Below, in pieces: positions 1-7,697 of a stretch of DNA of 32,000 nucleotides. Under the pieces are notes generated by a model. That model saw nothing but the letters and a program-made list of their open reading frames with translations, had not been told where the DNA came from and searched no databases. The translations under genes were made by a program, and so were the position numbers. How positions within the stretch are numbered: position 1 is the first letter of the stretch; each line of letters starts with the position of its first letter. This DNA comes from Alkalilimnicola ehrlichii MLHE-1 (GTDB lineage Bacteria > Pseudomonadota > Gammaproteobacteria > Nitrococcales > Halorhodospiraceae), in the NCBI RefSeq assembly GCF_000014785.1, contig NC_008340.1, forward strand, positions 1,860,001 through 1,892,000, in the 5' to 3' direction.

Positions 1-2110
1 TACGCTTGAACTGGCCGGAACCTGGGAAGATCATCAGCTTCACCCCGCGCGGACCGAGATACTCCTTGTTTTCATGGTGTTGTGCGATATTGCTGACCAA
101 TCCCGCGAGCAGCGCGCGGTGGAGGGCCTCATAGTGGGTATCCAGCCACTCGGCGCACTGCTCCGTGGTCACGGTGTGCGGGCGGGCCAGCGGCGAGGCG
201 GCCGCCCCTTCGCTCCCGGTGGAGCGCAGGGGCCGGCCCGGCCCGCCCCCTGCGCCCTTGCGGTCCGCGCCGCCGGACAGGCCACTCACCAGCTCTCGGA
301 TCTGGCGGTGGATATCCAGCCACTCGCGCATCCGGTGCGGGCTCAGGAAGCGCTCGCGACACCATTGGCGAAGCTGGCGGTTACTGAGCCGGCGCTTCTG
401 GCGGTGGTAGTCCTGCCAGAGCAGCACCAGCGAGAGGAAGTCACTCTTCCCGTGCCGCCACTGGGCGTGCGCCTGATCGGCGGCCTGCTGGGCGTCCAGG
501 GGCCGCTCACGCGGGTCCTGGACCGAGAGTGCGGCGGCGATCACCAGCACCTCGTCCAGCACCCCCTGCTCGCGGGCAGCCAGCAACATCCGCCCTACCG
601 GCGGGTCCAGCGGCAGTCTTGCCAGTTGGCGTCCAAGGGCGGTGAGTTCGCGATCCTCCGTCACCGCGCCGAGTTCGTGCAGCAGTTTGAACCCATCGTT
701 GACGAACTTGTGCTCCGGCGGCTCGACGAAGGGAAACCGCTGGATATCCCCCAGGCCCAGGGCCTTCATCTGCAGGATGACGGCGGCCAGGTTGGTGCGC
801 TGGATCTCGGGGTCGGTGAACGCCGAACGGCCCGCAAAGTCCTCCTCGCTGTACAGGCGGATGGCCACCCCCGGGGCCTCCCGGCCGCAGCGCCCGGCCC
901 GCTGATTGGCGGAGGCCTGGCTGATCGGTTCGATGGGCAGACGCGAGACCTTGGTCCGGTAACTGTAGCGGTTAATGCGGGCGTAGCCGGAGTCCACTAC
1001 GTACCGGATGCCGGGCACGGTGACCGAAGTCTCGGCCACGTTGGTGGCCAGCACCACCCGACGGCCACCCCCCTTAGGGTTGAACACGCGCTGCTGCTCA
1101 GCGGCGGAGAGGCGGGCATACAAGGGCAGGACCTCGGTGTGCGGAGGGTGTTTCTTGCGCAGCGCTTCGGTGCACTCGCGGATCTCCCGCTCACCGGAGA
1201 GGAACACCAGCACGTCCCCCTGCCCCGGCTCCCGGGCCAGCTCATGCACCGCCTCCACCACGGCCCCAGGCAGGTCCTCGTCGCGCTCGTCCTCGTCGTC
1301 CACCATGGGCCGGTAGCGCACCTCCACCGGGTAGGTGCGGCCGCTGACCTCCAGGATCGGCGCCTCATCGAAATGCTTGGAGAAGCGCTCCGGGTCGATG
1401 GTGGCGGAGGTGATGATGACCTTCAGATCCGGCCGGCGGGGCAGCAGGCGCTTGAGGTAGCCGAGGATGAAGTCGATGTTGAGGCTGCGCTCGTGGGCCT
1501 CGTCGATAATCAGGGTGTCGTAGGCGTCCAAATGGCGGTCGCGCTGGATCTCTGCCAGGAGCATGCCGTCGGTGAGCAGTTTGAGGTGGGTACGCTCGCT
1601 CACCTGATCGGTGAAGCGCACCTTGTAGCCCACCGCCTCACCCAGCGCCGTCCCCAGCTCGTCGCTGATCCGCTGAGCGAGCGTGCGCGCCGCCAGGCGC
1701 CGCGGCTGGGTGTGGCCGATCCAACCGTGTACCCCGCGGCCCAGCGCCATGCAGATCTTAGGGATCTGGGTGGATTTCCCTGAGCCGGTGGCCCCGCAGA
1801 TCACCACCACCTGGTGGTCGCGGATCGCCTCACGCAGGTCGTCCAGCCGCTGGTTGACGGGCAGCGACGGGTCAAAGCGGGGGCTGGGCAGGTTCGCCGC
1901 GCGGGTCTCGGCCCGTTGGCAGGCCACGGCGATGTCCCGCTCCAGCTTCACCAACCCCTTGTCGAAGGGCTTGCCGTCGTGGGCACGACGCTCCAGGCCG
2001 GCAAGCCGCTTGCGCAGGGCCGGGCGCGCCGGGCCAAAGGCCCGGTCGATGCGGGGCCGAAGTTGCCGGAGGGCGTCGGGAAGGTTGCGGCGGCGTGCTC
2101 TGGCAGTCAT
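1..2110 (-). CDS. hrpA: ATP-dependent RNA helicase HrpA (DEAH-box), 3' portion truncated by window start
   Basis: Reverse-strand reading from ATG at 2110 (MTARARRRNLPDALRQLRPRIDRA...) contains TQPRRLAARTLAERISDELG, VRFTDQVSERTHLKLLTDGMLLAE, DTLIIDEAHERSLNIDFILGYLKRLLPRRPDLKVIITSATIDPERFSKHF, typical HrpA/DEAH motifs. Open through coordinate 1. Confidence 0.93.
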   Translation of the reverse strand, partial: MTARARRRNLPDALRQLRPRIDRAFGPARPALRKRLAGLERRAHDGKPFDKGLVKLERDIAVACQRAETRAANLPSPRFDPSLPVNQRLDDLREAIRDHQVVVICGATGSGKSTQIPKICMALGRGVHGWIGHTQPRRLAARTLAQRISDELGTALGEAVGYKVRFTDQVSERTHLKLLTDGMLLAEIQRDRHLDAYDTLIIDEAHERSLNIDFILGYLKRLLPRRPDLKVIITSATIDPERFSKHFDEAPILEVSGRTYPVEVRYRPMVDDEDERDEDLPGAVVEAVHELAREPGQGDVLVFLSGEREIRECTEALRKKHPPHTEVLPLYARLSAAEQQRVFNPKGGGRRVVLATNVAETSVTVPGIRYVVDSGYARINRYSYRTKVSRLPIEPISQASANQRAGRCGREAPGVAIRLYSEEDFAGRSAFTDPEIQRTNLAAVILQMKALGLGDIQRFPFVEPPEHKFVNDGFKLLHELGAVTEDRELTALGRQLARLPLDPPVGRMLLAAREQGVLDEVLVIAAALSVQDPRERPLDAQQAADQAHAQWRHGKSDFLSLVLLWQDYHRQKRRLSNRQLRQWCRERFLSPHRMREWLDIHRQIRELVSGLSGGADRKGAGGGPGRPLRSTGSEGAAASPLARPHTVTTEQCAEWLDTHYEALHRALLAGLVSNIAQHHENKEYLGPRGVKLMIFPGSGQFKR

Positions 2111-2142
2111 GCGGGCATTGTAAGCGACCGGCCCGCGCCGGG

Positions 2143-2715
2143 TCAGACCGCCTTGTACTTACGCGGCTCCAGCCGCAGCGGCTGCACCGTCCAACCCGAC
2201 TCGCTGCACTCCAGGATAAGGCAGGAGGGCCCGGCCTTGGTCCGGGTGCGCCCCGCCGCGCCCGGATTCAGCACCCAGGGGGTCTTCTCATCGTCCACCA
2301 CCAGCTCATGGCTGTGCCCATAAACGATGGCCTGGACGTCCGGGTAGTCCGCACGCAGGTTGTCATGCCGTACCGCCGGCCGGCCGGCGCGTTCCCCGTG
2401 CACCACGGCGAGCTGCCCGCCGGGCAGGTCGAGCACCACCTCCTCGGGCAGGGTGTCGAGCATGTGCACCTCGTGAGAGGGCCAGGTCTCGGGCACATCG
2501 CCGTTGCCCTTCACCGCTACCAGTTCCTCCCGCGGCTGCATCGCCAGCAGCACGGCGGCACCGCCGATATCGCCGGCGTGCACGGCCAGATCGCACTCGG
2601 CGATCTCGTCGGCGATGCGGGGGTCGAGGAAACCATGGGTGTCGGCCACGATGGCCACGCGCAGGGCGCGGGGAGGAGTGGTGCCGGTCCCGGCCTGGTG
2701 CTGCTGTTGGGCCAT
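2143..2715 (-). CDS. YfcE/MJ0936-type metallophosphoesterase
   Basis: ORF with VAIVADTHGFLD, AVHAGDIGG, VKGNGDV, VVHGE, VYGHSH, VLNPGAAG motifs. Start chosen at MAQQQ (2715); alternative upstream starts at 2727 and 2760 overlap thrH. Confidence 0.85.
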   Translation of the reverse strand: MAQQQHQAGTGTTPPRALRVAIVADTHGFLDPRIADEIAECDLAVHAGDIGGAAVLLAMQPREELVAVKGNGDVPETWPSHEVHMLDTLPEEVVLDLPGGQLAVVHGERAGRPAVRHDNLRADYPDVQAIVYGHSHELVVDDEKTPWVLNPGAAGRTRTKAGPSCLILECSESGWTVQPLRLEPRKYKAV

Positions 2716-2719
2716 ATCG

Positions 2720-3334
2720 TTACCCATCCATCCTGGCGAAGGCCTCGTCCACCCGGGCACGCAGACTGTCGTAGTCGTTCACCAGGGGGAATTGCGGGAA
2801 TTCATCCACCACGTTCCGGGGCGCGCGAAACAGGATGCCTGCATCCGCAGCCCCCAGCATGGTGGTGTCGTTGTAGGAATCGCCGGCCGCCACGGTGCGG
2901 AAATTCAAGCCCCGGAATGCCTCCACCGCCTTGCGCTTGTGATCGCGCAGGCGCAGGTGATAGGCGCTGATGCGCCCGTCCGGCTCCACGCCCAGCTTAT
3001 GGCAGAAGAGCGTCGGCCAGGCCAGCTGACGCATCAGCGGCCGTGCGAACTCATAGAAGGTATCGGAGAGGATGACCACCTGGTACTGCTCCCGCAGGCC
3101 GTCCAGAAAGGCCTTGGCCCCTTCCAGAGGCGCCATACGGTCGATGACCTGCTCGATGTCGGGCAGCCCCAGCTCGTGCTTGGCCAGCACGGAGAGCCGC
3201 ATCCGCATGAGCTCGTCGTAGTCCGGCACGTCGCGGGTGGTGGCGCGCAACTCGTCGATGCCGGTGAGCTCCGCGAAATCGATCCAGATTTCCGGGACCA
3301 GCACCCCTTCGAGATCCAGGCAGACAATGTTCAA
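2720..3334 (-). CDS. thrH: ThrH-type HAD phosphatase (bifunctional phosphoserine phosphatase/homoserine phosphotransferase family)
   Basis: 204 aa, MNIVCLDLEGVLVPEIW..., VILSDTFYEFARPLMRQL, VAAGDSYNDTTML; HAD motifs in ThrH context. Confidence 0.9.
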   Translation of the reverse strand: MNIVCLDLEGVLVPEIWIDFAELTGIDELRATTRDVPDYDELMRMRLSVLAKHELGLPDIEQVIDRMAPLEGAKAFLDGLREQYQVVILSDTFYEFARPLMRQLAWPTLFCHKLGVEPDGRISAYHLRLRDHKRKAVEAFRGLNFRTVAAGDSYNDTTMLGAADAGILFRAPRNVVDEFPQFPLVNDYDSLRARVDEAFARMDG

Positions 3335-3570
3335 GACGTCATCCTCTCTGATTGTTGCAACGCGGAAACGGCGCGACGCCGGAAGCGGCGCCCAAGTTAT
3401 TCATTTTGGCCCCCCGACGCAAGCACTGGGAGCCGCCGCGACCGTTGCTGCAGCACAGCATCGAGAGCCCCCCGCCCCGCTGCGCGGGCGCGAATCAGCG
3501 AGGAACGGCGGGGCTGCCATGGCGAGGGCCGCGGGTTTTCGGTCGTCATCGCGAGGGGGGCGCCCCACCC

Positions 3571-3646
3571 GTCATCGCGAGGGCCGAAGGCCCGCGGCGA
3601 TCCAGGGCGGTAGACTGCCACGTCGGCTTCGCCTCCTCGCAGTGAC
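3571..3646. repeat. 76-bp MITE/REP-like element, copy A
   Basis: GTCATCGCGAGGGCCGAAGGCCCGCGGCGATCCAGGGCGGTAGACTGCCACGTCGGCTTCGCCTCCTCGCAGTGAC. Imperfect terminal inverted repeats (GTCATCGCGAGG / CCTCGCAGTGAC). One mismatch to copy B. Confidence 0.85.
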
Positions 3647-3711
3647 GGTGGGGGCGACCTTCCGCTTCCGGCACAGTCAAGTTCTTCAAGAGGGCCGAAG
3701 GCTTTCCCCTC

Positions 3712-3787
3712 GTCATCGCGAGGGCCGAAGGCCCGTGGCGATCCAGGGCGGTAGACTGCCACGTCGGCTTCGCCTCCTCGCAGTGAC
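3712..3787. repeat. 76-bp MITE/REP-like element, copy B
   Basis: Same sequence as copy A apart from C->T in GCCCG(T)GG; direct orientation, offset 141 bp. Confidence 0.85.
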
Positions 3788-3906
3788 GGTGGGGGGTGGG
3801 TCCTCGTTCGCAGTGACGGTGGGGGTGGGTCCTCGTTCGCAGTGACGGTGGGGGTGGTCCTCGTTCGCAGTGACGGTGGGGGTGGGTCCTCGTTCGCAGT
3901 GAGGGT
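3781..3906. repeat. Tandem array of the element's right end, unit ~29 bp (CAGTGACGGTGGGGGTGGGTCCTCGTTCG)
   Basis: CAGTGA(C/G)GGT recurs at 3781, 3811, 3840, 3868 and 3897, spacing 30/29/28/29 bp; the last copy is degenerate (CAGTGAGGGT). Confidence 0.85.
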
Positions 3907-4095
3907 AGGGGGCGCCCGCAGCGTCTGGCCAAGTTCATCAAGAGAGATGATCGGACGCAGGAACGGTTGTTATGCCATTGGCGCGCAAGGTGGTTTAGAC
4001 TGTATGCCGGACTGGGTCAGGCTCCAGCGGCCTTGGCCCGAACACCGAAGTGCAACCGCGATCGCGGAATGAGGCAATGAGGAGGACGTAAACCC

Positions 4096-4767
4096 ATGAC
4101 AGACCGCTACCAGGCCCCAGCCCCGGCGCGGCCGGCCGAGTCGGTACTGGCCACCAACAAGGTCATCCGCAACACCTACATGCTGCTGTCCATGACGCTG
4201 CTCTTCAGCGCGGCCATGGCCGGCGTCTCCATGGTGCTTCAGGTACCGCACCCCGGGGTGATCATCACCCTGGTGGGCTATTTCGGCCTGCTGTTCCTGG
4301 TCAGCTATCTGCGTAACAGCATCTGGGCACTGCCTGCTGTATTCGCCCTCACCGGCTTCATGGGCTTTACCCTGGGGCCGATTGTCAGCGCCTACCTGGC
4401 CCTGCCCAACGGGGGGCAGATCGTCATGCAGGCCTTTGGCGGCACCGCCGCCATCTTCCTGTCGCTGTCGGCCTACGCCCTGACCTCGCGCAAGGACTTC
4501 AGCTTCATGGGCGGGTTCCTGTTCGCCGGCATCATCGTGGCCTTTCTGGCCGGGCTGGCGGCGATCTTTTTCCAGATGCCCATGCTCTCGCTGGCGGTCA
4601 GCGTGATGTTCGTGCTGCTGATGTCCGGTCTCATCCTGTGGGAGACCAGCAACATCATCCACGGCGGCGAGACCAACTACGTCATGGCCACCGTCACCCT
4701 GTTTGTGGCCATCTTCAACCTGTTCATCAGCCTCCTGAACATCCTCGGCGTGATGAACAGCGACTGA
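4096..4767 (+). CDS. Bax inhibitor-1/YccA family inner membrane protein
   Basis: 223 aa, about seven hydrophobic segments, LATNKVIRNTYMLLSMTLLFSA, GFMGFTLGPIVSAYL, and a C-terminus typical of the YccA/BI-1 family. Confidence 0.88.
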   Translation: MTDRYQAPAPARPAESVLATNKVIRNTYMLLSMTLLFSAAMAGVSMVLQVPHPGVIITLVGYFGLLFLVSYLRNSIWALPAVFALTGFMGFTLGPIVSAYLALPNGGQIVMQAFGGTAAIFLSLSAYALTSRKDFSFMGGFLFAGIIVAFLAGLAAIFFQMPMLSLAVSVMFVLLMSGLILWETSNIIHGGETNYVMATVTLFVAIFNLFISLLNILGVMNSD

Positions 4768-4802
4768 GCCCGGAGGCCGCCTCGGCGGCAGCGAGCGCTG
4801 CT

Positions 4803-4830
4803 AAGGGCCCCGCCTCCGGCGGGGCCCTTT
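4803..4830 (+). terminator. Intrinsic terminator-like hairpin downstream of the YccA-like gene
   Basis: AAGGGCCCCGCC-TCC-GGCGGGGCCCTTT: perfect 12-bp stem followed by a short T-rich stretch, 36 nt after the stop. Confidence 0.75.
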
Positions 4831-4903
4831 CGTTTCCGCAAGGTATCGGCCGCCACCCCGGCAGCGGTTAGCAAGGCACCGGTACAGGGCCAGCGGGTCC
4901 GGC

Positions 4904-6481
4904 TCAGGGCATGACGTCGGCGACCGACCCCATAGTGCGCACCCACGGCCCGGAGGCACGCACTGCCTCCGGCAGGGCGTCTATGGCATCGCGCGCGGCC
5001 TCGCGGTCGGCGTGGCTGCCCACGAGGACCAGATACCAGTCATTGCCCTGGCGTCGGGTCAACACTAGGTGGGCATCCTCCTCAAGCCCGTGGCGGCTCA
5101 GGTAGGGCAGTAGGGTCTCGGCACCTCCGGCGGCCAGGACCTGGATGGTGTAGTGATCAGCGGGCTGACCGCGCGCCCAGTCCTCACCGCGCGCCAGCCA
5201 GGCCTCCACCCCATCCGCGTCAGCCGCCGGTTCCTCGGTCCTTTCGTCGGCGGCCTCCGGCTCCGGTTCGGGGACCGGGGCACTCGGTTCGGGCTCCGGT
5301 GCCGCGATCTCCGGCTCCGGTTGCGGTTCTGCCTGTAGTTGCGGCTCGGGATCTGGCACCGGGGTTTCCTCCGGCTGGCGGTCGCTCTCCGTCGGCGCTT
5401 CCCCCTGCTCCGGCGCCAACGGGTCGTCGCGGGTCATGCCCAGCGGCAGGTGGTCCGTTGCTCCCTCGTCCGGACGCACGGTCTCCGGGTCGGCCTGGCT
5501 CAGCTGCGGCAGATCGAGCGTCAGCTCATCGTCGACGATTTCCGCATCTTCCCCGCCACCGCCCGTGAACAGGTTAATGGCCAGCAGCCCGCCGATCACG
5601 ACCACCACGCCACCCGCCAGCAGGTGCCGCGCCCGACCCTGAGGCGCCCGCACCCGGAACCCCGACAGATCGGGCCAGGCCAGCGCGAACCCCCGCCCTC
5701 CCCGGGTCGCCTTGTCCTGGAGCAGGTCCCGCGCCGCCAGATTGACGAAGCCGGGCCGCCCCCCCGAACGCTCGAAGATCCGCTCCACATCCTTGCGGCT
5801 GAGCAGGTCGGGCTCGCCGCCGGCCAACTGAAACCGATGCCGCAGGTAGCGTTCCGTCTGATCCAAGTCGTAGGGGTAGAGGGTGATGTTATAAACCCGC
5901 GCCGGATCCAGCCGGGTACCGGCCAGGTAGCCCTCCTCGCTGCCCTCCACGCCCGGGTCCAGCGCCGCCACCAGCCCGAACCCCTCGCCCGCCTCGGCCA
6001 TTTCAGTCCAGAAATCGAGCAGTTGGCCCGCGGTGTCGTCCGCCAGATCGTGGGCGTCGTCGATCAGCAGCACCGGGCGCATGCCGCGCCGGTTCATTGC
6101 CTGGATCAGGTTCACCAATTGGGTATGGCGGACGTGATCACCGTGGTCAGTGTCCGGATCCAGGCGCTCCAGATAGTCGAGCCAGATATCGCTGAACAGC
6201 AGGTCCGGGTCGGCGACGCAGGGTTGGAAGTCCACCCCCGGCTGAGCGGAGTCCAGCAACTTGCGCAGGAAGGTGGACTTGCCCAGGCCAGGCTCGCCCC
6301 GGACGAGCAGGACGCGCTCCCCGGTCTGCAGCAGGTTCAAGGCCACATTGACTTGGGTGCGGTAGGCGGCGTCCTCGAAGATCGCGGGTCCGTGCGGCCG
6401 GTCCCCGAAGGGTTGTTCCAGCAGACCCAGCCGATGGAGGCTGGCGGGAGGCAGGATGGCCTTAAACGCTTGGTCACTCAT
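4904..6481 (-). CDS. AAA ATPase-TM-SPOR domain protein (DamX-like)
   Basis: 525 aa: Walker A RGEPGLGKST, Walker B RPVLLIDDAHDL, TM segment GVVVVIGGLLAINLF, Pro/Glu-rich linker, and a C-terminal SPOR-like domain (HYTIQVLAAGG...NDWYLVLVGSHADREAARDAIDALP). Confidence 0.87.
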   Translation of the reverse strand: MSDQAFKAILPPASLHRLGLLEQPFGDRPHGPAIFEDAAYRTQVNVALNLLQTGERVLLVRGEPGLGKSTFLRKLLDSAQPGVDFQPCVADPDLLFSDIWLDYLERLDPDTDHGDHVRHTQLVNLIQAMNRRGMRPVLLIDDAHDLADDTAGQLLDFWTEMAEAGEGFGLVAALDPGVEGSEEGYLAGTRLDPARVYNITLYPYDLDQTERYLRHRFQLAGGEPDLLSRKDVERIFERSGGRPGFVNLAARDLLQDKATRGGRGFALAWPDLSGFRVRAPQGRARHLLAGGVVVVIGGLLAINLFTGGGGEDAEIVDDELTLDLPQLSQADPETVRPDEGATDHLPLGMTRDDPLAPEQGEAPTESDRQPEETPVPDPEPQLQAEPQPEPEIAAPEPEPSAPVPEPEPEAADERTEEPAADADGVEAWLARGEDWARGQPADHYTIQVLAAGGAETLLPYLSRHGLEEDAHLVLTRRQGNDWYLVLVGSHADREAARDAIDALPEAVRASGPWVRTMGSVADVMP

Positions 6482-6574
6482 TCCCTGTCAGGCTCCGCGC
6501 TTGGGTTGCACTCTTCACCTGCAGTCTAACAGAGCAGGCCTTATGACACCGCAGGGTTGGTGGCCCAAAAGCGA

Positions 6575-6608
6575 AAAAAGCCCGGCCGCCTGAACGGCGA
6601 CCGGGCTT
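6575..6608 (-). terminator. Intrinsic terminator downstream of tRNA-Glu
   Basis: Minus strand AAGCCCGGTCGCC...GGCGGCCGGGCTTTTTTC: GC-rich stem followed by a T-run. Confidence 0.75.
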
Positions 6609-6615
6609 CTCGATC

Positions 6616-6691
6616 TGGCGTCCCCAAGGGGATTCGAACCCCTGTCGCCGCCGTGAAAGGGCGGTGTCCTAGGCCTCTAGACGATGGGGAC
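6616..6691 (-). tRNA. tRNA-Glu (anticodon UUC)
   Basis: Reverse complement GTCCCCATCGTCTAGAGGCCTAGGACACCGCCCTTTCACGGCGGCGACAGGGGTTCGAATCCCCTTGGGGACGCCA: 76 nt cloverleaf, anticodon loop CTTTCAC, GTTCGAATC T-arm, encoded CCA. Confidence 0.98.
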
Positions 6692-6745
6692 TGAGACCTG
6701 CCTCGCGGCAAGTGGAGCGCATTATGCGGATCGCCCCCGGGGCTG

Positions 6746-7621
6746 TCAAGACTCCCCGGCCCCGGGCGCCGTGGGCGGGCGCAAGGACAGTACCCGCCCA
6801 CGGTACTCGGCTGGGGTGCAGGCGCCGAACTCACGGAATTCCCGGGTCATGTGGCTCTGGTCGGCGTACCCTGCCTGACGGGCGATCGCGGCCAGCGGGC
6901 GCTGATCCCCCGCCGCCAGCCGCCGATGCACGCGCGCGAAACGCAGTCGCCTCGCTGCCGCCTTTGGCGTCAGCCCGACGAACTGGCGGAACCGGGCAGC
7001 CAGATAGCGGTGGCTCCAGCCGAGCTCCCGTACGAGTTGGTCAACCCCCACCGTTCCGCCACTGCGCTGCAGGTGGTGCCAGGCCCACTGCACCTCCGTC
7101 GGCGCCCTGCCCCGCCTCGGCCGCTGCCGCAAGCGCAGGCAGAGGAAGGTCTCCAGAGCGGCCAGGCGCGCCTGCCAGTCAGGGTGACCGCGCAGGCATT
7201 CGCTCAGCGCCGGCGCATCGGGGCCCAACACATCCTCCAAGGCAATGGGGCTGCTGCCGAGGGCACCGGGCGCCACACCCAGGATCTCGGCGAGGGCCCA
7301 GGGCGTCAGGTTGATTTCGACAAAAAAACACCGCCCCCGGAGCCGGCATAGCAACGGCCCTTGCTCCGGGCCCACCAGAAAACTCTGCAACCGATCCGCG
7401 GGTTGGTCGGCGGCCCCAAGGCCTTGGAGCCGGACACAATCACCGAACCCCACGACCAGAAGCGGATGGCCCCGGCTCAGTTCCACCCACTCAACCCCCT
7501 CGCTGAGGTCCGCCTCCAATGCCAGATAGCGGCCGACATCGCCCCGCAGCCCGGCCGATGGGAAACGGCCCAGGAGCTCCCACGGCACCGGCCGGGGCGA
7601 ATGCTCCGCTGCCTGAGGCAC
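6746..7621 (-). CDS. AraC-family transcriptional regulator
   Basis: C-terminal AraC HTH: VDQLVRELGWSHRYLAARFRQFVGLTPKAAARRLRFARVHRRL...LAAIARQAGYADQSHMTREFREFGACTPAEYR. GTG start at 7621. Confidence 0.88.
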   Translation of the reverse strand: MPQAAEHSPRPVPWELLGRFPSAGLRGDVGRYLALEADLSEGVEWVELSRGHPLLVVGFGDCVRLQGLGAADQPADRLQSFLVGPEQGPLLCRLRGRCFFVEINLTPWALAEILGVAPGALGSSPIALEDVLGPDAPALSECLRGHPDWQARLAALETFLCLRLRQRPRRGRAPTEVQWAWHHLQRSGGTVGVDQLVRELGWSHRYLAARFRQFVGLTPKAAARRLRFARVHRRLAAGDQRPLAAIARQAGYADQSHMTREFREFGACTPAEYRGRVLSLRPPTAPGAGES

Positions 7622-7697
7622 TTTCGTGACCCTCGCTACAGGTTTGTCCTCTCAGCATAGCGCAGCGCCGGGCGGTCGAAAGGGCCCAGGGCGGCCG

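Noticed and set aside
74-1783. 569-aa plus-strand ORF
   Set aside because: Exactly antisense to hrpA helicase motifs; high-GC shadow ORF with low-complexity composition and no recognisable domain.
3544-3906. Possible CRISPR array
   Set aside because: The 28-30-bp units are contiguous tandem repeats with no unique spacers, and there are no cas genes in the window.
3237-3941. Overlapping ORFs on both strands (3237..3845 +, 3397..3762 -, 3546..3941 -) encoding repeated RHREGRRPAAIQGGRLPRR / RHCEEAKPTWQSTALDRHG peptides
   Set aside because: The periodic peptides are conceptual translations of the 76-bp nucleotide repeats, not real proteins.
5339-6529. 396-aa plus-strand ORF
   Set aside because: Antisense shadow of the AAA-SPOR gene, whose Walker motifs and SPOR domain make the minus strand the coding one.
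6541-6834. Minus-strand ORF (97 aa) spanning the tRNA region
   Set aside because: Overlaps tRNA-Glu, its terminator and the 3' end of the AraC gene; no homology features.
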